Under the pieces are notes generated by a model. The model was given only the letters and a program-made list of their open reading frames with translations, had not been told where the DNA came from and searched no databases. From Fistulifera solaris (lineage: Eukaryota), in assembly GCA_030295235.1 (NCBI GenBank), contig AP026132.1, positions 124,001-188,000 of the forward strand: DNA of 64,000 nt, read 5' to 3'. Shown in pieces: positions 1 to 12,270 of this stretch. The number at the start of each line of letters is the position of its first letter. Position 1 is the first letter of the stretch. Made by a program: the position numbers and the translations under genes.

Positions 1-492
1 TATCAACTGAATCGCTTTCGATGCCGACCCAATCCCGCCAATCAAGGACGGAACAATGTCAACTTAGGACGTCCCATTCCTCCCTTGCACGAGTATTTGA
101 GTCACACGCCGTTTGATCACCCGACAGTCCGCAAAATCGAGCGTGTTTCCCCGTATTTTGATCGTATCGAAGTCATCAACATGGAACGAGGGAATTTACT
201 GGAACGGTTCTTTTGTGAAATACTCGATGCTAGCAAAACGTGTCAAAAACTGCAAGCAGGTCATTCTCCGTCCGCTGCAAATCAAGGCAAGACGCTCACA
301 TTCGATCGTCTTTCACAATATTTGATCGAACATAATCGGGTGAATTCGTCCCAAATTGATGATTTGCTGACAGAATTACGGATCAAAGTTCCCAATTACG
401 GAAAAGCCTCGAAAGAGTGTGCGGCATTGTCATTCATATTAGAGGAGCAAGAGAGGCTTAGCAATGATTCGAACCTAAAAAGGCTTCACTGA
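1..492 (+). CDS. 3' part of a hypothetical protein (5' end outside window)
   Basis: Frame 1 is open from base 1 (YQLNRFRCRPNPANQG...) to TGA at 490-492; no recognisable motif. Confidence 0.4.
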   Translation, partial: YQLNRFRCRPNPANQGRNNVNLGRPIPPLHEYLSHTPFDHPTVRKIERVSPYFDRIEVINMERGNLLERFFCEILDASKTCQKLQAGHSPSAANQGKTLTFDRLSQYLIEHNRVNSSQIDDLLTELRIKVPNYGKASKECAALSFILEEQERLSNDSNLKRLH

Positions 493-1351
493 TTTGTCCG
501 CCTCGCAACGTCACCGATCGACTGTTTCACTTCAGTGCCGAAACCGAACGCGCTTTGTTTCCCCTTGAATTTTCCCATGAGGCAATGTGGAATGATTTTG
601 CATCGAAATTGAATACAACTTTGTTTTGTGATGTTGATTTACAGGCTTATTTGCTTGCTAATGAAGCAGCGGGTGATGAAAACGCGCGTTAAAATGGGCC
701 GTGAAATTATTAGTAAGTCAACGGTTGACGTACAGGGTCCTTTGGTACATTTTGAACGGTGTCATCGTCGGAGGCGAGCTCGAGGACAAGAAGGATCAAG
801 AAAAATATTGTACAAGTATCAAACTATTCTTCTCCTCATCTCAAACAACAACGAACTAATTTACTCAAACTAGTAATTGGATTATTGCCTTAAGTGGTCA
901 TTGTCAGGGCCGTAGTTGTAGTCGTGCAAAAACTTATCAAGTCTATGACTTCGGGACTGAAAACCGGTTGAGTCGTCGTCAAAAAAAGTATTCTACAATC
1001 TGTATGATAGTCAATAGAGCGACAACAACATAAAAAGCGTGATTTCTTTTAACAACAACATCCGGGTCAACGAGACTACTACAATCATAACTAAATAATT
1101 AATGAAGCTTGTTCAACAGTTTGCACACATAAACGACAATCACAACCAATGCAAAATCAAAGAGGCACTTCGAAAGTCTACGTAGGAGCTTAGTAACCGG
1201 AACTTTTCGAATCGAATATCGTCGATTCTCGGGTCCGAAAGCTGCCAAAGCCTAACTTATTGCAACAACCATTGTATTGACGATCAATGGAAGTCAAGAT
1301 ATTCTGCGAAACGAACAAATTGTATGTACCATTGTCGCTGGAAAAATTTGA

Positions 1352-1410
1352 TTCATGATTGGAGTGCAGTCGTGGATAATTTCGTATACACTTTCAGCTA
1401 TAGTCAATTC
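1352..1410 (+). repeat. Solo copy of conserved hairpin+CTATAGT box (same family as 23.9-24.3 kb units)
   Basis: ttcatgattggagtgcagtcgtggataatttcgtatacactttcagctatagtcaa aligns with 24299-24355; upstream tcgctggaaaaatttga matches tcgctcgtaagaatttga. Confidence 0.75.
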
Positions 1411-1599
1411 AGCGTGCTTACGTCAAGACAGACGGAAATTCTGAATTTGTCTACTATGGACGTGCGGTGTAACGTACCCAGAAAATCTGGGAGATTCTAC
1501 ATGTTCGCGTAAATAATAACGCAAGACGAAAAACAACATCTCAAAAGGCTGCTACCAGTACAGGGCGAGACTTTTTGTTGAATTGATACTTTCATCATA

Positions 1600-2196
1600 A
1601 TGCACAAGTTCTTGTTGCCATTTCTAGTTTTATTCCTGCACAGTGTTCGTATTCCAGCGTTCCGTGGCTCTCGTAGGACAAAAAGAAACATGGTTGTGAT
1701 GCACGCTTCATCGTTGACTACCACAATGATTCCTCGTGCGGCCGTTTCGGTCGTCGTACACTGTCAATGGTCTTCGCAAAACTACTATTTATTGGTGCAG
1801 CGAGGAAAGGAACCCGCGAAAGGCAAATGGTCCTTTCCGGGTGGCAAAATTGAATGGGGGGAATCGACACTGGCGGCGGCGGTCCGCGAATTACGCGAAG
1901 AAACGAAATGGGCCACCCATCATCATCCACTCGAATGGTATCCCGGTACGGTGTGTACGAGTGACTCGATTGGATCGACGTATCATTATTTGATAGCACA
2001 ATGTTATGCACAAGTGACATTCCCCGTTTCGGAATTGCCGGTCGTAGCGGCTGCGGATGATGCGGCCGATGTGGGGTGGTGGACGTTGGATGACATGGAG
2101 ACATTGGATACGACGCCCGGATTGAGTGAAGTGATACGACGTATCGCACTATTGTCACAACACGGAATGCTTCCCACCGTGTCTCTCGAAGAATAA
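1600..2196 (+). CDS. Nudix hydrolase (ADP-ribose pyrophosphatase/MutT-like), possible N-terminal targeting peptide
   Basis: Nudix box GGKIEWGESTLAAAVRELREET preceded by LLVQRGKEPAKGKWSFP; C-terminal ADDAADVGW. Confidence 0.9.
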   Translation: MHKFLLPFLVLFLHSVRIPAFRGSRRTKRNMVVMHASSLTTTMIPRAAVSVVVHCQWSSQNYYLLVQRGKEPAKGKWSFPGGKIEWGESTLAAAVRELREETKWATHHHPLEWYPGTVCTSDSIGSTYHYLIAQCYAQVTFPVSELPVVAAADDAADVGWWTLDDMETLDTTPGLSEVIRRIALLSQHGMLPTVSLEE

Positions 2197-2309
2197 ACAC
2201 TCGTATTCTTGATGCACGTGATGGCTGGTAATGTTTATTCTATTGTACATTTGCTTTAATATTACAGATATTGCTCTTAAACTTTTCAAGAACGCGCTGA
2301 TAAAAGCCG

Positions 2310-5300
2310 CTATTCGGCGGCCCGATCAAATACATTCGAGTGCGGAGGGGGAGCCGCCAGCTCCAGCAGTTCCTGTGTACTCGTATCCAGCAGTGAATCC
2401 CACGCGAAGTAACTGGACTGGGAGTTGCATTCGAAACAGAAGGGGCCCGGAGGACTCAATTCCCAATCCACTTCCTCCATTTCTTCGCATTGCGTCAGGC
2501 GGAACATCTGTGTCGTGTCGACATCCGTGCGACCTTCGAGCTGTTCTCCCCAAATACAAAGGTTCTGTGCGAAAAAGCGACATCCTCGGAACATTTCTTT
2601 CATGCTACGGATGCTATCCAATTGCCAGGATGACAAATCTTGGTTGAACGCGGAGGCGGACAAGAACATTTGCTCCATACTCTGCACACGAGAGACATCC
2701 CAGTCGGATAAATCCGAGTTAAACGAAGATGCCCAAGAAAACATCCCGCTCATGTCCGTGACACTCGATACGCTCCATGACGATAGCTCGCTCGAAAAGG
2801 ACGTGGCCTGAGAGAACATTTTGACCGTGGTGGTTGCGTTGGAAACCGTCCAGCGGGACAAATCAGCATTGAATCGCGAGGCGCCTTCGAACATGGAAGT
2901 GAAATTGGTGACACTGGACACGTCCCAGTTGGACAAGTCCGCATTAAAGGAAGCGGCAGCACGAATACGGTTGCTGGAGAATAGCTCACTCAAGTCTCGA
3001 ATTCCAGAGAAGCACCAATTGCCGATCTCGTCTCCATATGTCGCTTCTAAGTATTCGAGAGTTTCTCCCAGCAAGTAAAGATCCACTGCATTGACAAGCT
3101 CTTCCTTCGATGAAAAGCACTTGACTGGAGCGGGTTTGGACGTTGGGCTTGATGTGGTGCTAGACGAGGGGCGGGATGTAGGCGGAGGTGGGGCGGACGA
3201 CGTTGGCTCCCCGGCAAACGCCCATATGTCTTGTCCTGAGAATACATCATCTACGAGGACTTCTTGAATGCTATTGCTGTCAAGTAAGGTACAAGTAGTT
3301 GTTGTTTCATCTTCTTGCAAACCCCTGCAATCGGCATTAAAACCAATAAATGGCAGATTTGTTGTTGAATTCGTGCCAAAGCAGATCTCACAAGAATTGC
3401 AAGCGATGCCATCAAACTCAATTTGGCATCGCAGTGCGAGGCCGTTGCGATTGTATTCGGTTGAGAAGCACGCATTCTCGTACCCTTGGGATCCACTCAG
3501 GTATTGCACGCATAATCTCTCCGACAAGTTGGAAGCTGCCCCTTCAATTGGTTCTCGTGACGTTGAAATAACGGTATCACCAGATGTGAACACATTGGTT
3601 CCGGAAACAACCGGCGCAATCGAAGCTGTCGGTGACGCTGCAGGAGACTTCGATGACGTTTGTGTTGGTGATGCTACAGGAGACTGCGACAGGGAGTCAA
3701 CCGTAGTCGGGCTTAAAGTTGTTGCCTGCGTGCTATTTGTTTCCTCATCGGACGAAATTGTTACAACTCTTGTGTCTGGGTCACGCAATGAAAGAACAAT
3801 TATAGCCACAGTCAGAGCGGCAATGGCAGCCAGCAACATGAGAATGATGCGCTTGAGGGGTATACCCCACATGCTTGATTGCTTATTGTAGTAGCTCTTG
3901 TCGGTTGGGTAGTTATCCCACGCATCATCTTGGCGATTGAACGAAGCTTTTTCATCATTTCGAATTGCAGAAGAAGGAGCGTGTTCAACCGACGCCTCGT
4001 AGTCCTTCTCATATTCATAATCGTAATCCTCTTCGCTATAGCCAGCATCGTCGTAGTTATTACCTTTTTCTCCTCCATAAGCAATCGCTCTTGATTGAAT
4101 TTGTTGATTGGGTACACTGTGTTCTCTTTCTGCTGCAGGTGATGGCTGGATAGGTCGTTCATAGTCGTCGAACGCAGGGAAGAACTCTGTATCGGTTTCA
4201 GGAAGCGATTCCCTTGCTTCCTGCGATGCTGAAAAATCCATTACGTATTCTGAGTGTTCAGATTTCTTCCAAGATCCAGAGGACTGGTCAGATGCTCTTG
4301 ATTCATTGCGACTTCTCAAAGAACTACTCCCACTTGCTTTGTTCCCAGCGTGCCGACTGAGTACACCTCTTTCTTCGTCAGAATCTGTAGGCGAGTCTTC
4401 ATCGTCGTAAAAGCTATCATTCTCATATGAAGTCTCCCGTTCATCGTCTTTTCTCAATGCTTTACTCTCATGATCAAAGCCAGGAGATAAATGCCTGGCG
4501 TACAACCCTTCACTATAATGGGCTGAGCTACTTTCATCGTCCCTTGATGAAGCCGATTGTGATTCGCTTCTGCTGCGGTAATCGTCTCCTGTCTCCCTAT
4601 CACTTTCATTTCTATCATCATCGTCGAGTCGTTGGGATCCGTCCCTATACCCATTGCCTCTGGGCTCACTATGTTCATCGTCGCCATAGGAACTATCATT
4701 TTCATACTCGTAATCGACGTTACGAGTAGCACAAGTCGCGTCTTTGTACCCGGTCTTTGTTTCGTCGTCTGCATATTGACTGAAGTGTGAAGTTTCGCTG
4801 TCATCGTCGTCGTCTCGGGCGCTTCTGTCTGTATAAGAGTTGACGTTTCCTTCAACGCTGTTTTCAGACGCCAATATTGCCTCTCTTGCCAACCACCTGT
4901 CATCTCCAATCACCACACCATTATCATTTTGAGCAATTTCGTCTTCGGAATCAAATTTACCGTGACCTCGCCTTCCCAGTCTATCACTGTCTGTGTGATT
5001 TGCAATTTCTCTTTCTCCGGCATCATCATCATCGACTTGAGATTCAGCGACAAAACTGACATTACTATAACCTTGGCTGTCCGACTTGAATTGGGATTTG
5101 TGCCTGTCCTCGATATCATTGCTATTTTGCGATCTGCCGCTGCTATCGGAATTCTCGAAATTGATGAAATGGTCCTCATCGTTATCTGACCCTTCATCGT
5201 CGCCATAAGCCCGGTCCGGAACGTAATTATTATCATAGCCTTCTTCGTCAACGTAAGCATCTTGATTGAAATGTGATCCTTTGCCGCTATGACCACTGCG

Positions 5301-8300
5301 TGCTGTAATGTCTTTTGTTTCTTCTGTGTCGCCGCCATATGCCGCGTTGTATTCTTCGTCTGCGAAACTTCCCTCGTCTCGACAATCGTTGTCGGGCTCG
5401 GACTCGGTATCAAACTCGAGACCGTTGTCAATACTTCGGCTAGACTGCGAACCGTCACTGCCCCCGTAACTGTTTGCATCCTTCTCATGGTTATAGTCGT
5501 GGGGCGCGCTCTCCTGCTCAGCGCCGTTGTATGATCCTGTAGTATCGCTGTTTGTCTCATCATAATCCCGATCGTCATGATAGTCTTTATCTTCATCGTC
5601 AACATTACAGCCAAACAATGATCTGTTAATGTAGTTGCCATCACGAGGTAAATTTTGTCCCCCTACCTCTGCGTTGTCGGCTTGATCTTCACGATCAGAT
5701 TCAGAGTTGAACTCTTTTGAAATTTCGATACTGTGGCTAGAATGTGATCCATTATTGCCCTTGTATTCGCCTGAGTCATTCTCGTCGGCGTCGGACTCGG
5801 ACTCGTCATTCTGCTTATCACTGTCGCATGATCCTTCTGCTTCGTTGTTTCTCTCATCATAACCCCGATCGTCATTATAGTCATTAATCTCATGGTCAAC
5901 ATCACGGCCGGAGAATGAACTATCATTGTAGTCGACATCATAAGCTGACTCTTGTCCCCCTGCTTCTGCTTTGTCGGCGAAGTCTCTTTGTCATTCTCAA
6001 CAAAAGTCGCGCTTTCTTGATTTTTACGATCAACTTCAGAGTTGGACTCCTGTAAATTGTCGATACTGTGGCTAGAATGTGATCCAAGGCAGCCCTTGTA
6101 TTCGCCTGAGTTTTTCTCATCGCCGTCTGATCCGTTGTACTGAGTTTCGTCATGACCTGATAACCGGCTTTCATTGTAATTCTTGTCTTGGTCCGGTTGG
6201 TCATAATCACAATATTCGTCGCTGACATCACGGCCAGAGTAGGATCTGTTGCTATTACTATAGTCCTGACCTCCGAATTCTTCTTCTTCGTCCTGTGAGT
6301 GGGCACCATGGGCAGTGTCGTACTTATCGTCGGCGAAACTAGCGTCGTCTTGACTCTCCTGATCGGAATCGGACTCAGGATCCGATGCAGACTCATGCGT
6401 GCTGTCAACATTGTGGCTAGATTGTGATCGATCACTGCCCCCGTAACCCCCATAGTCATCGGCGTTGTTGTCCTCGTCTTCGGATCCGGATTCCTCGCCA
6501 TCGTAAGAGCCTCCACTGTTCATATCCTCATTATAATCGTCATCTTCATTGTCAGCGCCACGGCTGCCATGAGAACCGTTGCTGTAATCGTCATAAACTC
6601 CTTCTACTTCTGCGTTTCCAGCATAAGATGCATGTGCATGGTGATCCGCGAGACGGGCATAATTATGATCATTGTCGTTAAATTCTGACCACGATCCAGT
6701 TGACTGTCCATCGCTGCCCTGATAGAGCTCTACGTCATCATGACTGCCTGTCGCTCCATCGTAAAGTTTGTTGCCGCGGTCTGATGGTCCGTCACCGGTG
6801 CTAGATTCGTCAATGTCTCCACCGTCGTTATAATCATCGCAATCATCATTGACGCTAATAGGATGTGATCCGTCACTGTAGTCTCCATCATAGTCTGATG
6901 CGTCACTGGCATCTTCCAAGTCATCGCATTCAGGTGCGTCGCATCCTTCACCGGCAAAGCTGTCGTTGTTCTGACTCTGGATATTTGAATTACTAAACTG
7001 GAGTTCCGAATTGCGTAGGCAGTCGATGTTTTGGCTTCCTTGCGATCCGTCATCGCTCTCACAGTCAACTGCGTCGTTTTCATCGCAGCCGCGCTCGTTG
7101 TATTGTCCGTTGCTACAAGTCTCATTATTGTGTAGATTCTCATTGCAAATATCTTCTTCCTCTCCAAATTCACGCCCGGAGTGCGATCCGTCGCTATAAT
7201 CACCACTACAATAAGATGCCTCACTGGCCTCTCCTAAGTCGTCGCAATCGATGGCGTTGCATCCTTCTTCGGCGAAACTGTCGTTGTTTTGACTCTGATC
7301 TATATATTGGGGTTCCGACTCGTGTATGCTTTCAATACTGGGGCTTGCTTGGGATCCATCGTTGCTCTCGTGGTCAACTGCATCGTTCTCATCACCGCTG
7401 TCTTCATTTATTTGATCATCGCTGCGCACCGAAACCTCTCCATCTCCATCACTATACGTCTCATCACGGTCCAGATTGTTATTTTGATCATCGAATTCAT
7501 CTTTGATAATACGACCGAAATCTGATCCTTCGCTGTAATCACCGTCATGACCTGACGCTCCTTCTTCATGTACGTCACCGTCCTCGGGCGCGCTGTAATC
7601 GTCGCGAGCGAAACTATTATTCTTTTGACTCTCTTGACTAGACTCAGATTCCCACTGGTGCGAATTGTCGACATTGTGACTTGATTGTGATTGATCGCCG
7701 ACTCCGTAGTCTTCTGCGTCTCTCTCGTCGTCGCGCGATTCACCGTAGTGTTCATCACCAGTCTCGTCAAAGTCCAAATCGTCATTGACATCATCATATT
7801 GAGGGTCGACATTACTGTCAACAGCGAATCCGTTGCTGAGTTCGCCGTCATGAGGTGCGGAACATTCTTCTTGGTCAAGTTTGGACTCGGACTCGGACTC
7901 GGATCCATGTCCATGGCTACTACCGCTAGAATGAGACCCGTCGCTGCCATAGTAATTGTCTGCAAGGTCATAGTGTCCATCACCGAATGTACTATCGTGG
8001 TCTTCATCTTCATATTCGTCCCCACCGTCAAGGCAAGAAGGCGAACCTCTGCTTTCATCGTTGTTTCCTTGATCGTCGTCGGCAAAGCTGCTATTACTTT
8101 GACAATCATTATCGGGCTCAGTATGCTGATCGATTCCTTTCAATTGGCTGAATTGTGATAAGCCACTGCAAGAAGCATTGGCTGTACTGCCGCGATGTCC
8201 TTCGTCGTTTACGTGTAAGTTGCTGGTGTTTCGAAATGATTGCGTGCGGTTGTTGTAAAAGTCTTCTTCATCTGCATAGTCATTACAAGCTTCGGAGACG

Positions 8301-11300
8301 CCATGAGAGAATTTTTGTCGGTTGGCGTTTCTGAAGACATTTCCGTAATGTGTGCATCATCGATGCAGCGACTAGAATCTTTAAAGCCATCATTGACTCC
8401 GTCCATTGTTTCATCTTTATTATTGTTGATTGTGTTTAAGCTTTCATTGCATGGTTCGCGGTCAAAACCTTCGCCGTAAGTGCCGTCTTGAGTTTCGTAC
8501 TGTTTGCCATCAAGGCTCGACTGGTTATTGTTGCTGCAAACCATACAATTGTCATTGTCTGCATCCTCTCTGCTATTTTCGGTATCGTTGTAATCGACAC
8601 CATTATTTTCTCTTTCGCAAAAGAGCCGCGCCTTGATTCGGATCCTACTTCACCCCCCGACGACAGTTGCTACAGTTTTCTTCATAATATCATGCTTGTA
8701 CTTGATGTCTTCATCGCCCATCGTTTGGTTCCCTGGTTCATGTTCGTATTCGTCGATGTCCTCGTCCATATCATTGCTTTCCAGACACCTACTACTACCG
8801 TCAGCGCTCGCTTGAGAACCCTGGCTGTAGCCTTCCTCATCGGCGTATCCGTTTTGTCCATCATATCTTGTATCGTCGAAGCTTCCGTCTTTATTGTCGA
8901 TAACTTGGACCAATTGCGGGCCAATACGATAAGCGAGCCCATCGGTAGCATCTCTTTCGAAAAATTTATTGTATTCTACAGTGTCCTGTAAAAGCATTGA
9001 CTCGCCATCGTTCGCTAAGGGTCTATCGCCTGAATAATCGTCTTCATGTGGTTCCCCGGTCATGCCATCGTCACAATCTGTGTTCGAAACGTCGTTGTAT
9101 TCAGCGCCATCGTATTCGTACTTCTTATCGCCAATCTCGCCCTCTGATTGGGAAGCGCCATTACAATCATTTTCGTCACCGAGCCCGCTTGAACAGTCTC
9201 GAGAATAATCTTTTTGGTGTTGAATATCATCGCAGTCACCGAGCCTGGCTTGTGATTCGCCGATGTTCTCATCAGCAACTGTATCCTTGATCTCGGACTC
9301 AACTTGGTGCCCTATATTGTCTTTGAAGCTTGATCCTGAAATTTTATTGTTATCAATACTTGAAGCAATGTCACTCTCAGAGTTGGCATCCGTTTCCCGC
9401 AAATCGCCCTCTAAATTATCGTTTCCATCGTGCTCGACAAGACTCGTCTGTGACGCATCGCTGTTGGCCCCATCGTGTTCTTCAGGGTCGTCACTACCAT
9501 TTACGTACTCGTTCGTAATGTCAAGGATTCCAGACTCGTTACCATCGTTCTCTGCCTGCGATACTTCTTCCCCAGCTTCGATTTCGGCCTCATGGTGACA
9601 AGCGCTGACATGCATTTTAAAGTCTCGGGTGTTTTCAGCAAAACCTTCAAAATGCTCGTGACATTCCTCTAAAGGTCGAGGTATCTTTGCTACGGTGATC
9701 TTATCAACGCCATTTTCATCCTCTTGGTCTGTCGAATCCAAAGTCTTGTTTGCTCTCATGCCATGATGACAACTTGATTGTGATTCATCCAGACACTCCA
9801 TCTCCTCCACAGGCCGATCGGCTTCGCGATCACTATACTCACCGTAAACCTCACTACTACCACCAACGTACCTTGATTCACCAATGACCTCCTCTTCAAT
9901 CCCATTTTCAACTTCTTCGTCCGTGTAAGAGGTATCCGTTGATTGCGCAGTATAGTCTTTGGTTGCTTGTGCTTCGTCATGGTTTTGTTGATCCTCCGAA
10001 ACGACTTCACTACCGTCGTCGACGCTGCCGTGATCATCGGCGCCATCACCAGTATTCCTGTTGTCGCCTAAACGTGACCCGTCACTCTCTTGATCCTCCT
10101 CTCTAGTCAAAGTTTCGTCTTCAACTTCTTCCTCGGTATAAGAAATCTCGTTGTCATTTCCATCGTTGTCGCGCCCGCTGGACCGTGACACGTCTATACA
10201 GTCCTCTTCCCATAACTCTCTGCTCGCTTCTTCGTCGCCTAGCAAACCGTCGCTTTCATCTTCATTGTCATCACTTTCTCTTGAAAGAGATTCGCTATGA
10301 TACTCCTCATCATCTTCCGATGGATCCTCTTCGTGCGTTTCTCCCCGGGCGGAACATTCACTGACACCATCCTCTTTCTCTAAAGCATCGTGCAGATTTT
10401 CCTCATCACTATCAGGCAGTTCGGTACTTGTCACTGAAAAACTGCTGTCAAAACTCGATGCTGAATACCGTGGATTTGCCGCCATTTCTCTCAAAGCGGT
10501 CATAAACTCTTCTTCTCGATCCGCAAATTGCTCTAGCAAGAAATCAAGATTACCCAACTGCTCCGGCATCACGTCAGCCACGAGCTTTTCTAGTTTGTTC
10601 CGACGAGCCACTTCGTCATCCTCTTCTTCATCACTGCTCGTGCCTGCCTCTGCCGCGTTTGGATTGCTGCATTCTGAAATATCGTGAGGGTAATGGTCTT
10701 TGGAAATATCATCGACATGAAGCGGCGTCGTTTGTGGGTTGTTAGCATCGCTTACTCCATGCCCCACGTCTGAGAGTTCAGTATCACGAGGTTTGGCCGA
10801 ATCATCTTGTACCGTAGCATGAACCTGAAGGAAAGTGTCCGCTTTGCTAGATGCAATTGACGATTCTGTCGACAGGGATTGCGATTGTGTTTGACCGGGA
10901 CTCGAGGTTTCTTCATGCTTGATAAAGGGGTCAGCCAGATCGTTTCCTCTTATATTCTCATTGCTCGTCACTAAGCTGCCTGCAACACTACTTTCTAAAG
11001 AATCGTCGATATCGTCTTGGTTACTGCGCGAATGACTGTTACGGCTGTCATCATCGCGTTCCGAGCCTCTCTGACTGTAATCTTGACTGTATGAATTTTG
11101 GCTCTGGTTGTCTCGATGGGAGCTGCTGTCATCTCTACGACGTCGTCTCCCACGTCTATGAGTACTTTCCTTATCCGATTGATGGGAAGCGCTACCGTCC
11201 TGGCTCATTGCACTCCGACTACCGGCATCGGTGTCACTATACAAGCCCCCGCTTCCTTGACTGTCATCCACCATTTCATGAATAGGTTTGTGACTGCTCA

Positions 11301-11841
11301 GACTATTGTCGTCAACCATGTGATGGGAACTATCCTGGCTGTCATCAACAAGGTATGTTTGCCCCTCTTGACCCCGGCTATCGTTGTAACTTGTTTCGCT
11401 GACGTCAAAGGACTCCTCCTGCATCGATCTGTCCTGCCCACTGTCACTCATAATGCTGTGACTCTCCTTTGAGTAGCTTTGGTCGCTATAGCTGTTGTTA
11501 CTACTATCCCTGGAACCTCCATCGTTGTAACTGCGATTGTCGTCCGAACTGTGTTCCGAAATGTGGTGGTGACTTTCTTCGTCGAAGTACTCGCCATCGC
11601 TCTCGGCAGATGATACACTGGTCTGATCGCCGCTGTATTTCTTGCGAATGAGCAGATTGTTGTCACCGATTCGACCGTTTCCAGCGTCTTGTGTGTCTTC
11701 GCTGAGAATACTGTAGTCATCAATCGGGGGAATGAATCTTTTTTCCCCGGCATTACAAGATTCTTTTGTTAGGATCAGATAACGAACTAGGACTTGTTTA
11801 GAGAGTCGGGGATGCTTTTCGTTGAGTTCAATTGCATCCAA
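2310..11841 (-). CDS. Giant (~3000 aa) acidic low-complexity type-II membrane protein with C-terminal DUF285/BspA-like repeats; split into ORFs 8650-11841, 8209-8544, 5663-8143, 2310-5618
   Basis: Continuous D/E/S/G-rich composition on one strand across four ORFs, with breaks near homopolymers (e.g. C7 at ~8653); TM IILMLLAAIAALTVAIIVLSL; S/T/P linker; Cys-rich domain; repeats FNADLSNWDVSSVTNFTSMF. True start uncertain (possibly ATG 11753). Confidence 0.75.
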
Positions 11842-12270
11842 ACAAACGGTTCCAAGAGCTGGAGAATAAAATGGATGAGGGCGAGAAGCGAGAAGTCACA
11901 AAAGGTCTCGTCGCACAAAAGTCACAGGCCTTACAAAAATCAATAGGGAGCGTGACTTCACCGCTACGACATGAAGGCTGTAAACAAGTGCATAACATTC
12001 ATGTGCCGGATTTTATAGCCCCGATTAGCAGTATAGTCATAACTGTAGGAATAATGCCCAGTGGACTTTCATACTATTATGCGCTTAGTGAAAAAAGTCG
12101 AACAGATGTACAACGGACATTGTCTTGTGATACATTGTGTACAGTAGTCGATCTTAGCGTTTCCGTTCAAGATTGTTTCGACAAAATCTCCTTAAACCCT
12201 GAACCCCAATGTTCTTGAAAAACTAGGTATGAAAGACGTTAACATTCTATCAAAAATTAGCCTTAGCAAC

